From Gemmatimonadota bacterium (GTDB lineage Bacteria; Gemmatimonadota; Gemmatimonadetes; Palauibacterales; KS3-K002), in the NCBI GenBank assembly GCA_039586795.1, contig JBDHJS010000011.1, positions 1-64,000 of the forward strand: a stretch of 64,000 bases of DNA, read 5' to 3'. The stretch's first letter is position 1. Every line of letters begins with the position of its first letter. A program made the translations under genes and the position numbers. This document shows, piece by piece, positions 17,006 through 26,257 of the stretch. The notes under the pieces are model-generated. The model saw only the letters and a list, made by a program, of their open reading frames with translations, made no database searches and had not been told where the DNA came from.

Positions 17006-18336
17006 GCCGCCGACTTCGCTTTCGCTCTGCGCAATGCTGTGCGGGTCACGGCGAATAGCTGCGATAGCGGGATATTGGACGGGCACACATAGGAACAGCA
17101 GCCGCACAGCATGCAGTCCCAGATATGGTGGTCCTCCGCATCCTCGTAGCGTCCCGCGATGGCGATTTTACCCAGCAGCTGCGGATTCAAGAATACGGGG
17201 CACGCATCAAGGCAGTAACCGCAGCGGATACAGCTATAGGATTCCTGCCGTCGAGTCTCATCTTTCGAAAGTACGAGTACGCCTGTCGTTCCCTTGAGAA
17301 CCGGGACATCGAGGCTCGCTTGCGGCGCGCCCATCATCGGGCCGCCGAAGACGATCTCGTGAGCGTCATCTGTCATGCCGCCGCACGCCTCGATCAGTTC
17401 GCGCACTTTGGTGCCAACCGGAACGATGAGGTTGGCCGGTTCCTTGACGCCGCGGCCGGTGACGGTGACGATGCGCTCGATCAGCGGCAACCCTGTCTCG
17501 AACACCTCGGCGATCGTCGCCGCCGAGCCGACGTTCTGCACGACGACGCCCACGTTCATCGGGAGCTTGCCCGAGGGCACCTCACGACCCAGCAGCGCTT
17601 CGATCAGCATCTTCTCAGCGCCCTGGGGATATTTCACAGTGAGCGGGTGGACGGTGACGTTGATATCGGTCGGCAGCGTGGCGCGGATCGCCTCGATGGC
17701 ATCAGGCTTGTTCTTCTCGATCCCGATCATCACACGGTCGACGCCCAGCGCCTTCATCATGATGCGAATGCCCAGGTGCACGCGCTCCGGGTACTCCGAC
17801 ATGATGTGATGGTCGGTCGTCAGATACGGCTCGCACTCGCAGCCATTGATGATGACCGTGTCGATCTTCGCGTCCTCAGGCGGCGACAGTTTCACGTGCG
17901 TGGGAAACGCGGCGCCGCCCAACCCCACCACGCCGGCGTCCTGCACCGCCTGCACGATTCCCTTGGGTGATAGCCCCTCCCACTCGGGGACGATGCGCGG
18001 CCGCGGCACCTGCGCCGAGTACTTCTCCACCGCGATGCGCACCGCGGTTTGATAGTCGCCCAACGGGTGCGGCCACAGCTCGACCGCCGCCACCGTGCCG
18101 CTCGCCGAGGCGTGGACCGGCGACGAGATGAAGCCGTCGGAGACAGCTATCTTGTCGCCGCGTTCTACCTTATCGCCTTCTTTGACGATGAGCTTGGCGG
18201 GCGCCCCTGTGTGCTGACTCAAAGGCAGGACAACTTCGTCGGGGAACGGCATGCGCCGGATGTTCTCGGCCTCCGTGAGCCCCTTGAGCTCCGGCGGATG
18301 TACTCCGTGCCTGAATGTTAGGCGTTGGCCCAGCAT
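17002..18336 (-). CDS. rnfC: Rnf complex subunit C
   Basis: QHTGAP, GVVGLGGAAFPT, INGCECEPYLT, YPQGAEK, GGPMMG, CIRCGYCLDACP and CMLCGCCSYVCP. Confidence 0.97.
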   Translation of the reverse strand: MLGQRLTFRHGVHPPELKGLTEAENIRRMPFPDEVVLPLSQHTGAPAKLIVKEGDKVERGDKIAVSDGFISSPVHASASGTVAAVELWPHPLGDYQTAVRIAVEKYSAQVPRPRIVPEWEGLSPKGIVQAVQDAGVVGLGGAAFPTHVKLSPPEDAKIDTVIINGCECEPYLTTDHHIMSEYPERVHLGIRIMMKALGVDRVMIGIEKNKPDAIEAIRATLPTDINVTVHPLTVKYPQGAEKMLIEALLGREVPSGKLPMNVGVVVQNVGSAATIAEVFETGLPLIERIVTVTGRGVKEPANLIVPVGTKVRELIEACGGMTDDAHEIVFGGPMMGAPQASLDVPVLKGTTGVLVLSKDETRRQESYSCIRCGYCLDACPVFLNPQLLGKIAIAGRYEDAEDHHIWDCMLCGCCSYVCPSNIPLSQLFAVTRTALRRAKAKSAA

Positions 18337-18396
18337 CTATTGATTGGTGTGCTGTTGGCGATTAAAGCATGGCCTTAGCGGCCAGTGCGAAATCTC

Positions 18397-21300
18397 TTAG
18401 TTAAACGGCTCCGCTCGCTTGAGCCACTTCTCCAGGTCCTTCTCCTTCGGATTCAGCGGCGTCCCCGGGTGGATGATCTTCACCGGGCAGCGCTCGGCGG
18501 CCATTACGATCTCTCTGAACGTGCCGGCCTTCGCATCCTTTATGAACGCCTGCTTCTTATCGTCGTAGGCGAACAGCTTCTTGTTCAGGTTCGTGCATTC
18601 GTTACAGCTGGTGCAACGGAGCGTCTCGATATACGGCTCCATGGCGAGGGCTTCTTCACCCTCTTCTTCTTCTACTGCCGCGGGCGCCGGCGAGGACGTG
18701 GGCGCGGGCGGGGCGTCAGCGACAGCTACGCCGCCGTCGCCGGCGGGAGCTGGAGCGCCGCCGCCCAGGTCGGACACGTCCATCGTCAGCGGTTGCAGAC
18801 CCGTCGTCTTTGCGGCCTTCGTCAGCAAGTCGGTCACTGTCATGTCGCCGTTGCCGGCACGCAGTAGGCCTTCCGCCATGCGGCGGGCCACGAACTGCGG
18901 GTAGCGAGTTCTGAGATCGGCCAGCTTCGCTTCGTACTCGGCGCGCAACGCCGCGACCTTCTCCTCGAACTCGGTTTCCAGCTCGGCCTCGACGACGCCA
19001 CGAGCGTCATCGCTGACCACCTGGCCGTCCATCTCTCGCAACTGGTTCCAGAGCAACAGGCGGTCCTCGGCCAGCTCGACGATCTCGTCCGAGACCGAGA
19101 CGCGGCGCAGCTTCTTGTCCGGTCCGATGCTATAGATGAAGGGCCGTTCGCCGTTCCGCTCTTCCTTTGGCATCGCCACGTACTCGTGGAACGGGATCAA
19201 CCCGTCGTCGTCCGCATCCGCCGGAATGCCCTTGAAGTGCTTCTTGAAGCGCGCCTCGGTGGCCGCCCAGTCGGCGATGGTCATCGGCAACTCCATCACC
19301 TGCTCGGCGCCTTCGTCGTCCACATACTTGAGCTCGTAGCTCGGCCACGTCTCGTCCTGGTCCGGGTTGCCATCCAGGTTGATGCAATCGGCCAGCGACG
19401 GACCGCCATCGGGGTCGTAGACTAGGAATGGGAAGGCGCGGCTCTCCAGCGATAGCTTGGCCGCCTGCGTCGCCTGGTCATCGCCCAGGCCATGCTCGGG
19501 CGGACACGGGCAATGCAGCACGAAGACCGCCGGACGCCGGCTGTTCAGCCCCTGGATCACACCGGCCAGCAGGTGCGACGGCAGCGCCTGCGAGGACTGC
19601 AAGACAAACGTGCCGCGGTGTGCCATGGCCAGCAGCGCCATCTCCTTGCGGGTCTCTTCCTTCCCGTGCTGGTCCTTTCCGAACGCAGCCATGTCGGAGA
19701 CCTGGCCGGTGAAGCCACTTGTGCAGGCCTGGCCACCGGTGTTCGAGTAGACCTGGGTATCGAGAACGATGATGCGAATCGGCTTGCCGGACGCCATGAG
19801 CCGCGAGGCGTTCTGGAATCCAATGTCCATCATGGCGCCGTCGCCGCCCACCGCGAAGATCGGCGGACATAGCTTGAACTCCTCATCGCTGAACTGACGC
19901 CAGTCGAACTTAGAGAAGAACGGTTCGTCGGTCTCCGGCTTGTACTCGCCGCTCACTTCCAGTTCGGCGCGGCGGATCGCGATGAACCCATCGCTCATCT
20001 TCCGCATGTGACCCTCGAAGATGCCGATAGCAATCGAGGGTGCGTCCTGGAACAGATGGTTGGTCCAGGGGAACGGGTACGGGTTATAGGGATAGGTGCT
20101 TCCCCAAACGGACGAGCAGCCCGTCGCGTTGGTGAAGCCCGTCACCGAACGGCCCTTGCCGCTCGGCCCTTCCTTGTAGCGCCAGTGGAGGTCCTTGAGA
20201 TCGCGAATCATCTCCGCGATCCGTTCGACTTCGGTGCGCTTCGACTTCTCCAGGGGCACGTCCACTTCGCCGGAGTCGTCGGAGCTCACCGAATCGAGAT
20301 CCGCCTCCGAAGCAAGCAGCTCCCGGGCTTTCGCATCCAGCCCGGCGATAAGCTCCTCGATGTGCTTCACGTGTTTCTCGACCCGCGGCTGCATCACGGC
20401 GTTCACCGCCGCCAATATCAAGTGGATTCCCGTCTTCTCGCCGCACCCCATGCAGGAACCGTCGCCGCCGAACATCGAACGGTAGTTCTCTTTCTTGAGC
20501 AGCAGCGACGACAGCACGCCGATACCTTCGTCTAGGTTCGCGATGTTGATGTAGCGGTCGTCGGTATCCGGCAGCCACTCCCACATCTTCCAGTTGCGGC
20601 GCAGCTTCTCGACCACCTCATCATCTTGCTTCACCGTGATGAGCGCCTTGTCCGGGCAGACCTCCACGCAGAGGTTGCAGCCCTTGCAGGCGGTGGGGCT
20701 CACCGTGATCGAGAGCAAACCGCCGGTCCCCTTCTCCTGGGACTCGGGCAGATCGTAGAACGGCGCCGTCTTGGCGATTGGGAACTCGGCCAGCGCCGAG
20801 TAGACCGGGGCGAACTCCTCGTCCAATTGGGCGCGCTTCTCGGCGTCCCAGCCCAGTTTGTCCACCACCTGCTTGTACGCTTGGGAGACGATGTCGGCGA
20901 AGTTGCTGACCGGCACACCCTTCATGATGCGCCGCGACTCGTTGGCCACGTGCTTGCTGATCTGGCGCAACTTGTCGAAGGAACGGCCGTTGGAGCTCGA
21001 GGCGATCGCCGCATCGAGAATCTGCTCCACCGTGTTAACCATGCCCGGGATCGCCGCATCCGGACAGACGACCCAGCACTGGCTACAGCCCGTGCAGTTC
21101 TCCGGGACGAACTCCGGTACCTCGAACCGCACGTCGGTCATGTCGCGGATCGTACTGGTCGCCGCGGGTATGGCACTGATCGCGGCGAACGGGTCGGCGA
21201 TCGGCTCGTCGCCCGACTTGTACAGGTGAGCGACCTGCTCCCAGAAGCGGCCGGGGTTTCCGATACCGTCGCGCCATCCTTCCCCGTCCATCTCCGCCGG

Positions 21301-23448
21301 CATCTGCGGCGTCTGCGCCGCCTCGGCGCCCTCATCGCTCATCGCGGCGGCGCCCAGCACGCTCGTTTCATCGAAGCCGCGCTTGATCACGCGAACGTTG
21401 TCCTCAACCACACGCTCGCCCAGGTGCCCGAACTTCTTCTGCAGCTGTTTGCGGATTCCCTCGAACAGCGAGTGCTCGTCCAGTCCTTCACGCTCCATCA
21501 GACCGGCCGTGCGGAAGAACGCGCCCATGAACGCGGCGCCCTGCATCCGGTAACGCAGCTCGGGATCTGAAGCCTCGTCGGACGCGATCTTGAACCCGTC
21601 AACGAAGTAGACTTTGATGTCCTTCTCTCTGATCTCGCGTCGCGCGCCCGCCGGGAACGCGTCCCACAGCTGTTCGGCCGTTAGGTCGCTCTGGATCACG
21701 AAAGCGCCGCCCTCCGAGAGGCCCGCCAACGGGTTCGAGTGTCGGAACACGTTGGGGTCCGGAGAAAGCACGACGTCCACGTGCTTGAGCTCGCTGTTCA
21801 GACGGATCGCTTCTTTGGCCAGCGTGCCGTAGAACGTCGTCGGCTGCCCCTTCTTCTCCGATCCGTACTTGGGGTTCGCCTTGATGTGCCAGCCGAGCAA
21901 CTCGAACGCGGTCATCGCCACGTTCTTGCCCGTCGTGATCGCGCCCCAGCCACCCACGGAGTGGATGCGGAACGAGACCGAGTCCTTGGGCATCAGGTTG
22001 ATATTGCCGGCGGAATCGAGAGCCAGGTGCGAGATGTCCGGGTACGACTCCAGCAGCTTCTCCTGCCAGATCTGGAGCTTCGGCAGCCGAGTGCCTTTGC
22101 GGACGAAGTCGATGCCCAAGTAGAACAGGCGACGACCATCACCCTCCGGCATTGCGTTCTTCACCGCGGCGATCAGATCTCCGGGCTGCAGGTCGCGACT
22201 TCCCAGCCCGTAGACGCCGGAGAAGAACTCGGGAACCTCTTCCGACTTGAGAGCGGCGAGGCCGGGGTGCGGCAGCGAGCCGCTCTTCGCCCGACCGTTC
22301 TCCACACCCTTTGCCATCGCGGCACGGATCTCACGTACGAGCGGCAGATCGACGGCCAACGGCTGGTCGGTGCGCTCCAGCACGACGACGGACTTCTTGC
22401 CGCGCAGCAGCTTCGTGAGGATGTCCGCCGGGAAGGGCCGGAACATAGTGACGTTGACGACGCCGACCTTGACGCCGTGCTCGTCGCGCATGTGGTCGGC
22501 TACTGCCTCGGCGTTCCAGACCATCGAGCCCTGGCCGAGGATCACGATCTCCGCGTCATCCAGCCGATAGCCCGTCGCGCGCTCGTATCGCCGACCGGTC
22601 AATTGGAAGAACTCCTCCATCGCCTGGTCGGTCAGCGCCTGAACGTGGTCGAAGTAGAAGGGGCGCTGAGCGGCGACGCCCTGGGCGTAGCTGTCCTGGT
22701 TCTGGACCACACCGATCATCGCTGGATAATCCAGGTCGAACATCTCGGGTATGCGGCGGCGCTTCTCTCCGAAGACCATCCGCTGGGCGGGAGTCGGCGA
22801 CTCGATGATGTCCGAGGGATCACCCAGGTACTCTTTAACCAGCTCGCGTTCCGGCAGCATCACCGATTCGATCACGTGGCTGGTCAGGAAGCCATCCTGC
22901 GCGCACACGCCAGGCGTCAAAGCGAGTTCGGCGATACGATGCGCGATCAGGTTCAGATCGGCGGTCTCCTGCACGTTCTTGCCGAACAGCTGGAAGAAGC
23001 CGGTATCGTCGATAGCGTGATAGTCATCGTGCCCGGCGTGCACGTTGAGCGCGTGCTTGGTCATCGCCCGGCAGGCGATGTTGAGCACGTACGTCAGGCG
23101 CTTGCCCACGGCCGCGTAGAGCGACTCGTGCATGTAGGCGATGCCCTGGCCGCTCGAGAAGTTCGTGGCGCGCAGGCCGGTCATGCTCATGCCGGCGGTG
23201 ACCGCGGCGGCGGCGTGCTCGCCTTCCGGCTCGAAGAATATGAGTTTGCGACCGTTCACGTTGTGACGGCCCGCTGCGACGGCGGCGGCCCAACCCTCAC
23301 CCATCTGCGTCGAAGGCGTGATCGGGTACGCGCCCGCACCCTCGCTGCCCGCCGTTTCCATGGCGACGACGGCTTCACTTCCGTCCATCGCCTCCCGGGT
23401 GCCCGGGTACTTCGCGGTCGCTTCCTGTTTCGCTTTCTTCAGCATCAT
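18397..23448 (-). CDS. por: Fused pyruvate:ferredoxin oxidoreductase (NifJ-type) with insertions and an extra C-terminal ferredoxin domain
   Basis: YPITPS, EGEHAA, GGWGAITTGK, two CxxCxxCxxxCP, SCMGCGE, TGCSSVW, GGDG, YSNTGGQ, HCPCP; terminal CTSCNECT...ERCP. Confidence 0.93.
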   Translation of the reverse strand: MMLKKAKQEATAKYPGTREAMDGSEAVVAMETAGSEGAGAYPITPSTQMGEGWAAAVAAGRHNVNGRKLIFFEPEGEHAAAAVTAGMSMTGLRATNFSSGQGIAYMHESLYAAVGKRLTYVLNIACRAMTKHALNVHAGHDDYHAIDDTGFFQLFGKNVQETADLNLIAHRIAELALTPGVCAQDGFLTSHVIESVMLPERELVKEYLGDPSDIIESPTPAQRMVFGEKRRRIPEMFDLDYPAMIGVVQNQDSYAQGVAAQRPFYFDHVQALTDQAMEEFFQLTGRRYERATGYRLDDAEIVILGQGSMVWNAEAVADHMRDEHGVKVGVVNVTMFRPFPADILTKLLRGKKSVVVLERTDQPLAVDLPLVREIRAAMAKGVENGRAKSGSLPHPGLAALKSEEVPEFFSGVYGLGSRDLQPGDLIAAVKNAMPEGDGRRLFYLGIDFVRKGTRLPKLQIWQEKLLESYPDISHLALDSAGNINLMPKDSVSFRIHSVGGWGAITTGKNVAMTAFELLGWHIKANPKYGSEKKGQPTTFYGTLAKEAIRLNSELKHVDVVLSPDPNVFRHSNPLAGLSEGGAFVIQSDLTAEQLWDAFPAGARREIREKDIKVYFVDGFKIASDEASDPELRYRMQGAAFMGAFFRTAGLMEREGLDEHSLFEGIRKQLQKKFGHLGERVVEDNVRVIKRGFDETSVLGAAAMSDEGAEAAQTPQMPAEMDGEGWRDGIGNPGRFWEQVAHLYKSGDEPIADPFAAISAIPAATSTIRDMTDVRFEVPEFVPENCTGCSQCWVVCPDAAIPGMVNTVEQILDAAIASSSNGRSFDKLRQISKHVANESRRIMKGVPVSNFADIVSQAYKQVVDKLGWDAEKRAQLDEEFAPVYSALAEFPIAKTAPFYDLPESQEKGTGGLLSITVSPTACKGCNLCVEVCPDKALITVKQDDEVVEKLRRNWKMWEWLPDTDDRYINIANLDEGIGVLSSLLLKKENYRSMFGGDGSCMGCGEKTGIHLILAAVNAVMQPRVEKHVKHIEELIAGLDAKARELLASEADLDSVSSDDSGEVDVPLEKSKRTEVERIAEMIRDLKDLHWRYKEGPSGKGRSVTGFTNATGCSSVWGSTYPYNPYPFPWTNHLFQDAPSIAIGIFEGHMRKMSDGFIAIRRAELEVSGEYKPETDEPFFSKFDWRQFSDEEFKLCPPIFAVGGDGAMMDIGFQNASRLMASGKPIRIIVLDTQVYSNTGGQACTSGFTGQVSDMAAFGKDQHGKEETRKEMALLAMAHRGTFVLQSSQALPSHLLAGVIQGLNSRRPAVFVLHCPCPPEHGLGDDQATQAAKLSLESRAFPFLVYDPDGGPSLADCINLDGNPDQDETWPSYELKYVDDEGAEQVMELPMTIADWAATEARFKKHFKGIPADADDDGLIPFHEYVAMPKEERNGERPFIYSIGPDKKLRRVSVSDEIVELAEDRLLLWNQLREMDGQVVSDDARGVVEAELETEFEEKVAALRAEYEAKLADLRTRYPQFVARRMAEGLLRAGNGDMTVTDLLTKAAKTTGLQPLTMDVSDLGGGAPAPAGDGGVAVADAPPAPTSSPAPAAVEEEEGEEALAMEPYIETLRCTSCNECTNLNKKLFAYDDKKQAFIKDAKAGTFREIVMAAERCPVKIIHPGTPLNPKEKDLEKWLKRAEPFN

Positions 23449-24296
23449 GCTGCTTCACTCCCTGCAGGTTGGGGCTGGGAAACGAACTGCTGACCTTCGA
23501 CCCAGGTGATGGCGCCCGTCGGGCACCGCTCGATCGCCTTCAGGTCAGCAAGTTCGTTCAAATCGTAGTTGATGACGGCCAGACCGTTAACGATCTCGAT
23601 CAGACCGGGCGCCGCATCGGTCGCGCATAGACCGCAACCGTTGCAAGCAACTTTGCACAGTTCTTCCGCCTCATCGCCCTCGAGCAAGCTCTTGCACTGA
23701 ACGAGCAGCTTCTGCTCGACGGGCATGACTTCGAACAAGTCTCTGGGGCAGGCCTCGACGCAATCTTCACACGCCGTGCACAGATCCGGAATCACGACCG
23801 GCAGGCCAACCCCGTTCATGTAGATCGCGTCATAGTCGCAGGCCACTTCGCAATCGGCGAGGCCCAGGCACGACCACGAGCACCCCTTGCCGCCGGCGGC
23901 TACCGCCGCCGCCGCCCCGCAGGTCTGCACGCCCTGATAGTCGGCGAGTCGCACCGAGACGTGAGAACCGCCGGCACACAGTAGGCGCGCGACCCGTTTC
24001 ACCGCTTCACCCGCATCGACGCCCAGGTAATTCGCGATATCGACGACGGCATCCTCGCCCAACTGTGTGCACTGCGCCGGCTGGCGCGCACCATCGATGA
24101 CCTCCTCAGCGAAGGCGCGGCACCCCGCAGCACCGCAGGCGCCGCAGTTGGAGCCGGGCAACATCTCGTTGACCGCATCGATCCGCGGATCCTCCCACAC
24201 CTTGAGCTTCTTGTTCGCGAGCGCGATCAAGATCGCAAAGGTGAGAGCGACGCCGCCGAGAATCGCGACCGATAGCAGGATCGTTGAGATGCTCAT
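23445..24296 (-). CDS. rnfB: Rnf complex subunit B
   Basis: N-terminal TM, EDPRID...LPGSNCGACGAAGC, several ferredoxin motifs (CLGLADCEVAC, CTACEDCVEACP, CNGCGLC). Confidence 0.93.
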   Translation of the reverse strand: MSISTILLSVAILGGVALTFAILIALANKKLKVWEDPRIDAVNEMLPGSNCGACGAAGCRAFAEEVIDGARQPAQCTQLGEDAVVDIANYLGVDAGEAVKRVARLLCAGGSHVSVRLADYQGVQTCGAAAAVAAGGKGCSWSCLGLADCEVACDYDAIYMNGVGLPVVIPDLCTACEDCVEACPRDLFEVMPVEQKLLVQCKSLLEGDEAEELCKVACNGCGLCATDAAPGLIEIVNGLAVINYDLNELADLKAIERCPTGAITWVEGQQFVSQPQPAGSEAA

Positions 24297-24306
24297 GCGG
24301 GTTCGG

Positions 24307-25314
24307 TTACTCGTTCAGATCGGTGTTGCTCAGCAGCCAGGAGGCTAGCTTGTCGACCGACGTCATCTGGGCCGGCGCTGCGCCAGTGCTTTCAGCGACG
24401 CTGGCGGCCGACTCCTGGGCCGTCGAGAGCGCCCGCAACTGATCCAAATCCTCGTTCTGCTGGCGTGCGCTCATGCCACCCAACTTCTTCCGCGGCGGCT
24501 TCTCCGGCAGCTTCCCAACCTTGAGCCGGTCCTGCAGCCGCTCGCCGCCGGCCGAATCGTGGACGAACTGCGCCGCGTCAGCCGGCATCAGTGCGGCGAT
24601 GGCTGGCGCCGATGCTGCGGCGAACTTCTTCTCCAGCTCTTCCGCATCTGGTGTCTGGAGCACGAATGTCGACGGCGTGATCAGGCGAACCAGCGGCGCC
24701 GGTGGCGCCTCGCCGTTCACCAACAGCACGAGCTTGACGTTTCCATCCAGGAACTCGGCTAGCTCGCTCGCTACGAGATCCGAGCCCTCCAACTCGACCA
24801 CTAGCGGCGGAGACAGCTTTCGCTCGCCCGTGTTCCAGCCGTCGAACTCCAGCGGTTGCAGAAGATCGTCGGCCTTGCCGTTCAGCACGCCGAGCGTCGC
24901 CAGGCCAGCGACCCGGGCGGCACCGAAGGCACGGCCGATCTCGGCAAACCGATCCGCAACCGCATCCCGCAGCCGGTCGCCGGGCTTCAGCTTCAGGTAG
25001 AAGGCGTCAGCGCCGCTGGCCGACGCCGTTCGCAGAATGTCGAAGGCCTTCTCGACCTTCTTTATCGTCTCGGGGTCCTGGGCCTGTTTCTCCTCCGAAA
25101 CGAGGCTCTCGAACCGGCCGATATCGATACGGCCCTCCGCAAACTGGCCTAACCCCGCCGCGGTACTTCCATTGTCTTCCAGAGCGCCCTCGGCCTTATG
25201 CGTCGCCAGGTAGCCACGCACCTCTTCGACCGTAGTCACGACCAGGGACCGGTAGGTCTCGATCGGCTCGGCGAGCGCCTTGAGTGCGGCTTCCTTTCGT
25301 TCCTCAGACGGCAT
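24307..25314 (-). CDS. Hypothetical protein OrfX resembling a degenerate PFOR TPP-binding (beta) domain
   Basis: ATG at 25314 overlapping the korB end; ERKLSPPLVV and TFVLQT align with EFKLCPPIFA and TFVLQS of the neighbouring PFOR; no Cys, no GDG. Confidence 0.75.
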   Translation of the reverse strand: MPSEERKEAALKALAEPIETYRSLVVTTVEEVRGYLATHKAEGALEDNGSTAAGLGQFAEGRIDIGRFESLVSEEKQAQDPETIKKVEKAFDILRTASASGADAFYLKLKPGDRLRDAVADRFAEIGRAFGAARVAGLATLGVLNGKADDLLQPLEFDGWNTGERKLSPPLVVELEGSDLVASELAEFLDGNVKLVLLVNGEAPPAPLVRLITPSTFVLQTPDAEELEKKFAAASAPAIAALMPADAAQFVHDSAGGERLQDRLKVGKLPEKPPRKKLGGMSARQQNEDLDQLRALSTAQESAASVAESTGAAPAQMTSVDKLASWLLSNTDLNE

Positions 25315-26257
25315 AACGGTCCAACTCCTTATTGAGCAGCTCGACTCGCTCTTCCGCCGTGTGGGCGGGGAGCGTCCGCAACTCTTCATAGCGCGGCGCG
25401 TTCTCGTCCCTGTAGAGCACGCCGATACGCACTGTACCGCTCGGCTCAGCCAGGCGGCGCGCTTCATTCAGATTGCTGGGATCGTGCACCAGCTGGTTCT
25501 TGTAGACCTGTTCCAGGTCCGGCAGGTTGATCCCGTTTTCGTGCACCAGCAACTCGATGACATCCGGTTTGCGCACGGCCTCGTCATAAATCGAGGCGGT
25601 GTAGATCGGGCAACGCTGAAGAATCCGCACGAACGAAAAGCCCTTGTGCTCGTAAGCCTGCTTCAGCGTCTCGTACAGGTGAGCCGGAATCCACTCCGCC
25701 GTCTGCGCGACGAACGACGCGTTGGTCACGCCCAGCGTTCCGGAAAGCGGGTTCAACGCGCGCAGATAGCTACCTTTCGGTTGCGTGTTGCTGGGGAACT
25801 CCGCCGGAGTCGTCGGCGATGTTTGGCCCTTCGTAAGCCCGTACATGTTGTTGTCGAGCATCAGGGCCACCATGTTCACGTTGTAGCGGACGGCGTGGAT
25901 CCAGTGCCCGGCGCCGATCGAACAGCAGTCTCCGTCACCCATCACGGCGAAGACATCGAGCTCTGGGCGCTCTAGCTTGATGCCCGTTGCCACCGGCAGG
26001 GCACGACCGTGCAGGCCATGAAAGCCGTACGTCTTCATGTAATGCGGGAAACGACTCGAACAGCCGATTCCGGAAACGAATACCGTGTTCTCGGGCTTCA
26101 GCTGCTTCTCTTCCAGCAGTCGCTGCATCGAGGTCAGGATGCTGTGGTCGCCACAGCCGGGACACCAGCGCGCCACCGCGCCCTCGTAGTCCTCCAGCTC
26201 GAAGTGGCGGTCGTCCTCTATTCCGCAGCTCAGTAACGAGCCTCCGTGGTGCGTCAT
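25304..26257 (-). CDS. korB: 2-oxoacid:ferredoxin oxidoreductase beta subunit
   Basis: RWCPGCG, SGIGCSSR, LHGRALP, GDGD, NNMYGLTKGQTSPT, LQRCP; true start at 26257 (ATGA overlap with korA). Confidence 0.93.
   Translation of the reverse strand: MTHHGGSLLSCGIEDDRHFELEDYEGAVARWCPGCGDHSILTSMQRLLEEKQLKPENTVFVSGIGCSSRFPHYMKTYGFHGLHGRALPVATGIKLERPELDVFAVMGDGDCCSIGAGHWIHAVRYNVNMVALMLDNNMYGLTKGQTSPTTPAEFPSNTQPKGSYLRALNPLSGTLGVTNASFVAQTAEWIPAHLYETLKQAYEHKGFSFVRILQRCPIYTASIYDEAVRKPDVIELLVHENGINLPDLEQVYKNQLVHDPSNLNEARRLAEPSGTVRIGVLYRDENAPRYEELRTLPAHTAEERVELLNKELDRYAV

Noticed and set aside
21739..23493. 584-aa plus-strand ORF
   Set aside because: Antisense shadow of por, expected from high-GC codon bias; no motifs
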